DNA of 64,000 bases from an uncultured Clostridia bacterium. GTDB lineage: Bacteria; Bacillota; Clostridia; Christensenellales; UBA1242. A program made the position numbers and the translations under genes. The notes below the pieces were generated by a model. That model saw only the letters and a list, made by a program, of their open reading frames with translations, had not been told where the DNA came from and ran no database searches. Where the stretch lies: the NCBI GenBank assembly GCA_944360075.1, contig CALVTE010000001.1, positions 117,280-181,279 of the forward strand, read 5' to 3'. Below are positions 35,763 through 45,000 of the stretch, piece after piece; positions within the stretch are counted from its first letter, which is position 1; every line of letters begins with the position of its first letter.

Positions 35763-38393
35763 TTATTTCTTTCTTGGGTTTTTGATGTTTGCCTGTGCGG
35801 CAGCAAGTCTTGCAATTGGCACTCTGAATGGAGAGCAAGAAACATATGTGAGCCCTGCATTGTGGCAGAACTCAACCGAAGATGGGTCGCCGCCATGCTC
35901 GCCGCAAATGCCAAGTTTGATGTCCGGCCTTGTGCTTTTGCCAAGATCAGCTGCCATTTTTACAAGTTTACCAACTCCGTTTTGGTCAAGTCTTGCAAAT
36001 GGATCGCTTTCAAAAATCTTCTTAGCATAATAAACATCAAGGAATTTGCCAGCATCATCTCTTGAGAAGCCGTAAGTCATTTGAGTAAGGTCGTTCGTTC
36101 CAAATGAGAAGAATTCTGCATACTTGGCAATTTCATCAGCTGTGAGTGCAGCCCTTGGAATTTCGATCATTGTTCCGATTTTGTAAGTGAGTTTGGCACC
36201 CTTCTTTGCGATGATTTCGTCAGCCTTTTCTGCCACAATATCACGAACATACTTAAACTCTTTCCAGTCGCAAGTAAGCGGAATCATGATTTCAGGCACA
36301 ATGTTATAACCTTTTTCCTTGTTCACTTCGATGGCAGCTTCAATAACCGCTTGAGTTTGCATCTGAGCAATTTCAGGGTAGGTCACAGCAAGACGCAGGC
36401 CACGGTGCCCCATCATTGGGTTGAATTCATGCAAGTCAGCAACTGTTGCTTTGAGTTTGTCAAACGAAATGCCCATTTCCTTTGCAAGAGCTTTGATTTC
36501 GCCGTCTTCGTGTGGCAGGAATTCATGAAGTGGTGGGTCAAGGAATCTGATAGTAACAGGATTTCCTTCCATAGCTTTGTAAATACCCTTAAAATCTTTT
36601 TTCTGCATTGGAAGAAGTTTTGCAAGAGCTTTCTTTCTTTCCTCCACAGTTGAAGAAACAATCATTTCGCGCACAGCTGGAATTCTGTCAGCTTCAAAGA
36701 ACATATGCTCTGTTCTGCAAAGACCAACGCCTTGTGCTCCAAAATTGAATGCATTTTTAGCGTCTGAAGGATTGTCTGCATTTGTGCGAACTTCGAGCAC
36801 TCTATACTTATCTGCCCAGTTCATGATGGTTGCAAATTCGCCAGAAATTGTGGCAGGTTCAGTTTTAACTGCTCCGTCATAAATTTTTCCAGTAGAGCCG
36901 TCAAAAGAGATAACATCCCCTTCTTTGTATGTTTTTCCACCAAGAGTGAAAGATTTTTCATCAGCAGCAAATTTGATGGCTGAGCAGCCTGCAACGCAAG
37001 CAGTTCCCATACCACGAGCAACAACAGCTGCGTGAGATGTCATACCGCCACGAGCAGTCAAAACGCCTTGGCTGGCAGCCATACCTTCAATATCTTCAGG
37101 AGAAGTTTCCAGTCTGACAAGAACAACTTTTTCTTTGTTCGCAGCCATTTCTTTTGCTTTGTCCGCGGTGAAGCAAATTTTTCCGGCAGCAGCACCAGGA
37201 GAAGCAGGCAAAGCCTGTCCAACAACGGTGGCTTTTTTAAGAGCTGCGGCGTCAAATTGAGGGTGCAGCAAAGCGTCGAGTTGTTTTGGGTCAAGCATCA
37301 TAAGCGCTTCTTTTTCATTGATAAGCCCTTCTTTAACAAGGTCGACAGCCACTTTAAGGGCAGCTTTAGCTGTTCTTTTGCCGTTTCTTGTTTGCAGCAT
37401 ATAGAGTTTGCCGTTTTCGATAGTAAACTCCATGTCTTGCATATCTTTATTGTGTTTTTCAAGTTTTTTTGCAATGTCAGCAAATTGCTTGTAAACTTCT
37501 GGATTTTGTTTTTCAAGTTCAGAGATAGGCATAGGTGTGCGGATGCCGGCAACAACGTCTTCGCCTTGAGCGTTCATAAGATATTCGCCATAAAGTTTGT
37601 TTTCGCCGGTGGCAGGGTTACGCGAAAAAGCCACTCCTGTGCCGGAAGTATCGCCCATATTGCCGAAAACCATTGACTGAACATTGACAGCAGTGCCCCA
37701 TTCGTAAGGAATGTCGTGCATTCTGCGATAAACATTTGCTCGGTCGTTATCCCAAGAACGGAAAACGGCCTTAATCGCTTCAATAAGCTGAACTTCTGGA
37801 TCTTGAGGGAATTCTTCACCTTGAGCTTTTTTGTAAAGATCTTTAAACATTTTGATGATTTCTTTAAGATCGTCAGCAGTCAAATCTTTGTCAAACTTAA
37901 CACCCTTTTTCTCTTTAACTTTGTCGAGAATTTTTTCGTATTTAGATTTTTCTTGTTGCATAACAACATCACTGAACATTTGGATGAAACGGCGATAGCA
38001 GTCATAAGCAAATCTTGGATTGTTTGTGTTTTTTGCAACTGCTTCAACAGAAATGTCGTTAAGACCAAGGTTTAAAATTGTGTCCATCATGCCCGGCATA
38101 GAAACTCTTGCACCAGAGCGAACAGACACAAGCAATGGATTTTTTTCATCTCCAAATTTCTTGCCAGTGATTTTTTCAAGCTCAGCCATTTTGGCTTTGA
38201 TTTGTTTCAGAATGTCGCTGTTGATTTTTCGTCCATCTTGATAGTATTGTGTGCAAGCTTCTGTTGTCACAGTAAAGCCTTGAGGAACTGGCATTCCAAG
38301 ACTTGTCATTTCAGCAAGATTGGCACCTTTGCCGCCGAAAAGCGCTTTGTTTTTTCCGTCAGCTTCTTTGAACAAGTAAACAAATTTTTTCAT
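35763..38393 (-). CDS. ppdK: Pyruvate, phosphate dikinase
   Basis: 876 aa beginning MKKFVYLFKEADGKNKALFGGKGANLAEMTSLGMPVPQGFTVTTEAC, with the phospho-His region GGMTSHAAVVARG and the C-terminal PEP-utilising TIM barrel. Confidence 0.97.
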   Translation of the reverse strand: MKKFVYLFKEADGKNKALFGGKGANLAEMTSLGMPVPQGFTVTTEACTQYYQDGRKINSDILKQIKAKMAELEKITGKKFGDEKNPLLVSVRSGARVSMPGMMDTILNLGLNDISVEAVAKNTNNPRFAYDCYRRFIQMFSDVVMQQEKSKYEKILDKVKEKKGVKFDKDLTADDLKEIIKMFKDLYKKAQGEEFPQDPEVQLIEAIKAVFRSWDNDRANVYRRMHDIPYEWGTAVNVQSMVFGNMGDTSGTGVAFSRNPATGENKLYGEYLMNAQGEDVVAGIRTPMPISELEKQNPEVYKQFADIAKKLEKHNKDMQDMEFTIENGKLYMLQTRNGKRTAKAALKVAVDLVKEGLINEKEALMMLDPKQLDALLHPQFDAAALKKATVVGQALPASPGAAAGKICFTADKAKEMAANKEKVVLVRLETSPEDIEGMAASQGVLTARGGMTSHAAVVARGMGTACVAGCSAIKFAADEKSFTLGGKTYKEGDVISFDGSTGKIYDGAVKTEPATISGEFATIMNWADKYRVLEVRTNADNPSDAKNAFNFGAQGVGLCRTEHMFFEADRIPAVREMIVSSTVEERKKALAKLLPMQKKDFKGIYKAMEGNPVTIRFLDPPLHEFLPHEDGEIKALAKEMGISFDKLKATVADLHEFNPMMGHRGLRLAVTYPEIAQMQTQAVIEAAIEVNKEKGYNIVPEIMIPLTCDWKEFKYVRDIVAEKADEIIAKKGAKLTYKIGTMIEIPRAALTADEIAKYAEFFSFGTNDLTQMTYGFSRDDAGKFLDVYYAKKIFESDPFARLDQNGVGKLVKMAADLGKSTRPDIKLGICGEHGGDPSSVEFCHNAGLTYVSCSPFRVPIARLAAAQANIKNPRKK

Positions 38394-38423
38394 ATAGTTT
38401 TTCTCCTTTTTTTGTCGATAATA

Positions 38424-38452
38424 ATTATACCCAAAACGAAAAAAATAGGCAA
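38424..38452 (-). promoter_or_regulatory. Candidate sigma-A promoter for ppdK (TTGCCT-N17-TATAAT)
   Basis: The minus strand reads TTGCCTattttttcgttttgggTATAAT, followed by an AAAGGAG RBS. Confidence 0.45.
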
Positions 38453-38467
38453 ATAAAATTGCCTATT
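38436..38467 (-). terminator. Rho-independent terminator after the 189-aa gene
   Basis: On the minus strand: AATAGGCAA-ttttat-TTGCCTATT followed by TTTTTCGTTTT. Confidence 0.55.
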
Positions 38468-38492
38468 TTCATGATTTTTTCTACTTTTTTCT

Positions 38493-39062
38493 TTAGTAGT
38501 CGGTGCGAATTTCCACAATCACCACGTTTTCTTTTTTGACACCCAGCTTGATGTCGTAAACAATAAACTCAACAATCATATTGTAAAGTTCGTGAGTGCT
38601 GATATAGTCCATAAGTTTTGTAAAACCTGGAATTTCCCAAAGCTTTTCATCATCAAGAGTGGTATGCAAATTGTATTTTGGATTGTCGTAAACATTGCGA
38701 TTGGTGCCTTCTTCATCATCGCGAGCAATCAGGTCAATCATATCTTGAAAGCCATCTTTTGTCACTTTGACATCTCCCACCAAAACAATGTCTTCTTTAT
38801 AAGGATTGTAAGACACACTGACCGTGACGTGAGAGCCAAAACTTGCAAGCAAAGGCAGAGCCTGCTTGAAACTATTCACAAAAAAGAATTGTCCGTCAGC
38901 CTTGTCAGTGCTGCGCAAAACAAACTCACTTGCCTTGTGGGCATTGAAGAAACCCTCAATGCCCTGCAAGTCAGTCACCTGAAAAACGTCGAGCGGAAAG
39001 TAATTCAGCCCCAGCCGCCTCATAGTCTCCACCGCATCCTTCTTATCCGTAATTTCAATCAT
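38493..39062 (-). CDS. Hypothetical cytoplasmic protein (189 aa), co-transcribed with the giant gene
   Basis: Its AAGGAG RBS sits just downstream of, and abuts, the giant-gene TAG stop, and the gap is 13 nt. There is no signal peptide or TM, and I recognise no family with confidence. Confidence 0.55.
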   Translation of the reverse strand: MIEITDKKDAVETMRRLGLNYFPLDVFQVTDLQGIEGFFNAHKASEFVLRSTDKADGQFFFVNSFKQALPLLASFGSHVTVSVSYNPYKEDIVLVGDVKVTKDGFQDMIDLIARDDEEGTNRNVYDNPKYNLHTTLDDEKLWEIPGFTKLMDYISTHELYNMIVEFIVYDIKLGVKKENVVIVEIRTDY

Positions 39063-39075
39063 ACCAAACTCCTTT

Positions 39076-42000
39076 CTAAATAATTGCCACTATGTCGCCC
39101 ATTGAATCATCTCCTATTGATTCAATACTCTTTATACATTCATCTATTAAAAGCGCATTATCAGTTACAATACGGCTTTCCATGTAAAAATTATAAGCAC
39201 TAACCTCCAGGTAAAAATATAGATTGATGTTTCCAATATTGTCTTTTATAAATGATATAGCAGCAGATTCAAGAGTTTCAGAGCCTTGTGAGTAAGCAAA
39301 CTGTCCTGGAGTTTTAAAATTTACATTCATAAATCCTTTATATTGTGTGGATTCGGTTGCTTTTTCAAATTTCAATTCCAATCTCCAAACATTAAAATCT
39401 CCAGAAGAATTTTCCTTGAAATAGTTTGTAAGGTTTACTTCTTTTTCCGCTATCACTCCACCCGCAGCGATAAAGCTGTCTTGAGAATAGACTGGTAAGC
39501 CGTCAGCTGTAAAGATAATATACTGTAAATACCACCTCTCATAAACTTCATGATCTTCATTGCTTTCTCCTTCGTCATTAAAGCCGTTTACTAGATTAGA
39601 TCTAGACATCATAAATAATTTAGCCGTTCCTGGATTCTTTGCTGTTGATGAAAACACCCCAACTTCGCTAGGAGTTGCTCCTGAAACAGAACGCCCCAAT
39701 GGCGTTTGAACAGCAAAGATCGCCGATTGATATCTAGTGTCATCACTATCTCCTGTGCTATATGCAAATGTTGAAGGGCTAGTCCTTGTTATTTTTAAAT
39801 TTAAATCATCCCCACCCGTTGCTGCGATTTTTCCAAATGCTCTTTTGTAAAATATCCATCTCGAATTACTAACCTCATCTGATTTATACACTCCGCCTGA
39901 AACTGCAGCTTTAGAAGCGACTATTGTGCACTCTGATTTATTTCCATCTATGGTGACGCCTCCAGCATTACCACCTGACTTAATAGATTCTGCAAATTCG
40001 GGCTCCCATACCTCGTTGTCAGACAATGCAACTTTTCCATTTGTTCCGTCACTTGCTTTTAAGACCGCTCCGTCAAATGTTATGCCGCTTGCGAAAGTTA
40101 TGTTCCTTCCGCTAGTTCCATAGGAAGATAGTCGACGCAGCGCCACAACACCTTTAAAAATTGTTGAGTTTTCTTCATTATTAACTGTAGAGTTAAATGA
40201 ATCTCCAAAGTAAGAAACATTCAATTCGACATTCTGATATGCGCTGATACTTGGAGAGTAATAATCGTAATACTCTGATCCATAAAGCTTTACGTTACTA
40301 TAGTTTGCTGATTCAACGGCAAAAGCGCCATTAGTTGAAGCTCCTGATATCGTCACATCTTGAACTTCTTTTGACACTGATGTTACAACACGATGTTTAT
40401 AATCATACCCTGTGTCTGTATATATAAACATAATAACAATCCATTCCCATTCTTTTATTGACGTTGTTTCATCGCTCATGCCGATGATCGCATAGCCATT
40501 GCCGTAAAGATTATAATTGACAGCGATTGAATTTGTTACAAACACATCGCCTGTCAGAATGACAGGATATTTTGTAGTGCTCGTCTGCTGTCCTGTGATA
40601 CTTAGACTATTTTTCGAAACTGTTTTTGTATGGCTAAGGCTAGTTTTATTATTAAAATATGTTGAAATGGTATCAGACTCGGCGTCATAATCATAAATTT
40701 GAGAATCGTAATCTTCTGTTGTTAAATCGCTTTCTATCTCTTCTTCTTTATACTGATTTTTATTGAACGTTAATTCAAGTTTATCTATGCTTGCTTTTGT
40801 GCTATTTATTCCGTCTATTTGCTTTGACGTGTCCACAGAGTAAACGTAGTAAGAGTAAGGCCCTCCCTCACCTCCAACCTTGAACACTGCAAGATACTTG
40901 CTAATATCAAAATCATTTATTGGCGTTTTATCAGGTGATGATGAACCGGCTGTTTGAGAACAGTTATAGCCTAGTTCACCTGTAATAGCCCCATCGCTGA
41001 AAGTAAAGGTGATCTCCGTCCAAATAGTCGTTATATTTCCGCTTTCATCTTCAGTAATATCTTTTTTATCCATTGTAACAGTCACCGTTTCTCCGCCTGT
41101 AAGATAGCTGTCTGCTGTTGAATAAACATAAACATTTTGTTCTGCGCCTGTAAGCTTTTCTTGGAAAGACACATTCGCTCCAGCATTAAGAAGAATTTCC
41201 GTTCCAGTTCCAATTCTGTAAACAAACGCCTGACTTGAAGTGTTTGTAAATGTAGCATTATCTAGAGTATAAGTCGCACTGTCTTTCACCGTTAATGCTT
41301 CACCTCGGAATAATGCCTCGTTTGCTTCAGCAAGAGAGTCATAATTCCATGTTCTCTTGCTTCGACTAACGTTTCTTGAATATGTTTGAGAATAGGTATA
41401 AACGCCCTCTACGCTGGAAAATATATTGTAGTCTTCTGCTGAAGCAAACTCTTCTTCTGGAACATTGTAAGTAAATGAAGTTGCACTGTTGTTTATCAAA
41501 CTTTTTTCTTCTGCTTGCTGATCGCTTTGAGCATAAGCGCTTGCAAGGGAAATAGAGTAACAGAAAGTTTGAAAACAGGTGTTGTTATTGTAAAAGTTTT
41601 GATCAGACGATAAAGTTACGCTAAAATATGGAGTCCCGTTTTCAGGAACTACATATTCAGCAGTCTCTGTAATATTGGCGCCCTCAGGAAATAACGCTGA
41701 AAGTTCGGCTGCTCGCTTGAAGTTTGATTCAATTGTATGTGTACTCTCTTTGTTATAAGTGTTTAAGAAAGTTGTAGACAACAAAGAAGCATGAATTTGC
41801 ATTCTTTCCCAACCAGAGTTTATACCAATCCGTATTTTGTTTTCGTTTACATTTTTTTCTACACGGAGCCATAAATTACTTGTTCCATTTGAAAAGTATA
41901 TATTTGCTTCTGTTCCGTCTTCCGATATTTCCAATGTATCATTTTCAAACTCAAAACCGCTCCTGCTAAGAGTTGATTCGTTTGAATCCATCCAACCTTT

Positions 42001-45000
42001 CGAATAATTTATCGTGAAACTCCCTCCTGCATTTGCAGATGTTGAGATGGAGCCAGATGCTGACTTCTCGGCCGTTAACTCTGTTGGGAAGTTGCTTACA
42101 AATTGGTTGATTGTTTGGTTTCCTGGTTTTGCAGCATTTTTACCACCATCGCTGGCTGTTGCATCAAAATAATAGATAAGCCTATCGCCGCTCACAACAA
42201 AGTAATATGCTGTGTCATTGTCTCCTGTCATCTTAACAACATTATTGTATGTTTCTTCTCCGCTCGATAGCGTCAATGACTGGTTTACATAAACATATAT
42301 ATCGTCGCTTTCTTCGTCGCTTAAATCTATGCCAAAGCTGTTCTCGTCAATATATACAAAATCTGAAGGTCCTCCGCTCAAAGCGATTGTGGTTTGTTTT
42401 TGATATGTTAGGTCAAATGTAAGTGTTGTATAAGGGAGCTCTTCTCCGCGGTAAGTTAATGTCATATTACCGTTAGCATCAATCTTCTCAACCGTCACGT
42501 CAATATCAATACTATCAACAGTCGTGCCGTTTTGTACGTCACCAACACTTGCATTCGACACAATCCAATGCGAAACGTCTGTGTCTGAGGCGCAGCTAGC
42601 AAAAGTTGTATCATCATTATTTTTCAAATTATAAGTCCAGGAGTAAGAATAAGTGCCTTGCGACAAGGTGCTAAAGCTAGAGGTCAATGCGTATGTTGTT
42701 CCTCCAATAGACACCGTTTTTGTATCTCCTTTTTCCGAAGCATAGCCGGATTGTTTCAATTCTTGATATCCATTGTCTTCCGTCTCAGCGGTACTTCCCA
42801 GTGCGCTTTCCTTGCTTGAGATTGTGCTTTGCACCATTGCTGAAATATCATAGTAATAATTTCGGTTAATGGTTTCTTTAAAAAACATTTCTCCATCTTC
42901 ATGAACCCCGATCTGCTGCGCGGAATTCTTTCTTTCTTTCAGTCTAGACAGCTTAACTGAGGCCAACACCTTTTGCGTTTCAACAAAAACTTCCGGCAAT
43001 CCTAAATCGTTTAACTGCATACTAGAGTAATAAGAATAATCCCAATCTTTACTGTCTAAATGAACAGAAAGTTGTTCGATTTTATATTTATAGTAGTACC
43101 AGTGCGGCATAGTATAATTACTAAATTTATATTCTATAGTTGAGCTTAATGATTTGCCATTAAGATCTTCAATCAAATAATGATCACCGCTCCGCGAGAT
43201 TGTCGATTCGTTTTGAGAATAATAATACTTAGCACTTGCATAAGATTCGCCTTCCTTAAGCATTGCGCCGTTAAGCACAAGCTCGCCGTCAGAGCTGCAG
43301 TTTGTCACAGAAGTGTTTGCAATATGATAAGCCGAAATGTTTTGTGGGCTTTTCTGCACAAGATAAATCATTGGGTTAGTTACAGAACTCAATACGTCAT
43401 CGCCATCATACTCTACCCCTGTAACTTCATAGCCATACTCCGGATCTTTTCCCAACGCTTCAATTGGGCCTTCGTTATAGCAGTTGCTGATTGTTGTGTC
43501 TGAAGCAGCACTTGCCGCAATTCCCGCAGCATAAGCCAAAGCTGCATCGCCTACATTCTCTTTATTTCCAGCCTTAATCATGCCTGCGTTATAGCAAAAA
43601 TCTATAGTTATATCTTCGCCCGCATAACCTGTAATGCCACTTGCATAACAAGTGATGCCACCGTCTATACTGCCGGCCGTATACCCCGAAAGCACAGAGC
43701 CGCCGTTAAAGCAGTGGTTTATATACTGTTCGTTACCACTATTGTTGCTTGCGCTCCCAACAATTCCGCCCGCATAACCTCGCACCGCACTGATCGGTCC
43801 GTAGTTTGAGCAGTAATACAATGATCCATTTTTCAGCTCTCCAACAATACCTCCCACGTATGGACTTGGGTTGGTTCTCGTTGACGTGTTTGTTATCTTA
43901 ACCATGCTGGTCACGGTGTCAATGCTTCCGCCACTCATCGTTCCAACCAGCCCTCCTACGTTGCCAGAGCTCGCGTTTATCTCACCTTCAAGAGTGATGT
44001 TGGAAATTGTGCCACCCGTCATTGTTGTTGCCAACAAAGGCGTCGATGTGTTCGCTTCGGTCAGGCGCAGATTTCTGATTGTGCCAGAAACTGTGCCAAA
44101 CAAGTTTTTGTCAAGCCCTGTTATTGTTTTGTCTTGTCCGTCAAACTGTGCAGCGAAAGATGAAATAGCCCCCCAGGCAACACCGTTTTCGTCTACAAAC
44201 TCTGTATTTCCAAGATCAATATCATACAAGAGTGCAACATTTTCAGCACCTGCGGTGATTGTGTTCAAGTTCGCCAAAATCCCAGCATTTGGTATGGTGT
44301 AGGCGTAGCCTTCTGTATTTGTTATTTCTGTGCCGTTGCCCTCACGTGTGTATGTTCTAGTTTGCACATATCTATCATAGCCGGAATCTCCGCCAGATGT
44401 CCAATCGCCAAATTTCGCCCACGAAGATTGCTTCAAGTATGTGAAGTTGCGAGTTGGATAGCCCCAGTTGAAGTTGACCTCTCGAGCCCAGTTGTTGCCT
44501 AGCCTAACTTGGTCGTTGTTCAAATTACCAGTCAATAAGTTATCAGTGGTTAAATCAGTAGTAGTTTCATCATCACCCTGCAAAGAGCTATAATTCAACC
44601 CGTTTATATCATAGTAAACATCGCCTGTTGCTGAGCCCTTCACACTTACTTCTACTTTTGTTTCGTCGCCTGCTGCTGTTTCGTCTTCTGCTACATCAAA
44701 TGTTCCGTCAGTGTAATCATTAAGGTCAAGTTTTGTGATGGTGTAGGCATTTGAAATGTTAAGGTTTGGGTTGCTGTCAGTAACATTGCTGCTTGCAAAA
44801 GCATAAACGTTTGCATCAATATATGTTGCAACTGAGCCTGTTGCGTAAGTATAGTCGATGAATGATACAACTGAGCCAGATGAATCATAATTTGCAATGG
44901 CAGAGATTGTTCCGCCGCTTGCCGCACGATAAATCATGTCAAGGTTTGTGTAGCTTTCTGCAATCAAGCCGCCACTCATTGAGCCAACAATTCCGCCCAT

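Noticed and set aside
37032-37676. 214-aa plus-strand ORF inside ppdK
   Set aside because: It is antisense to an unambiguous pyruvate phosphate dikinase frame and is a shadow ORF. The same applies to the other track ORFs within 35763-38393.
38493-39062. ATP-grasp-like reading of the 189-aa protein (RRLGLNYFP..., VLRSTDKADGQFFFV)
   Set aside because: The resemblance is only a loose pattern. The protein is far too short for a complete ATP-grasp fold, and no ATP-binding motifs are evident. It is left as hypothetical.
39076-44700. Idea that the compositionally distinct 3' part of the giant gene is a separate gene or a fused pseudogene
   Set aside because: There is no in-frame stop, no internal RBS or start context and no frame change at the boundary. 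GLUG repeats continue across it (44060-43500). It is treated as one CDS with a mosaic history instead.
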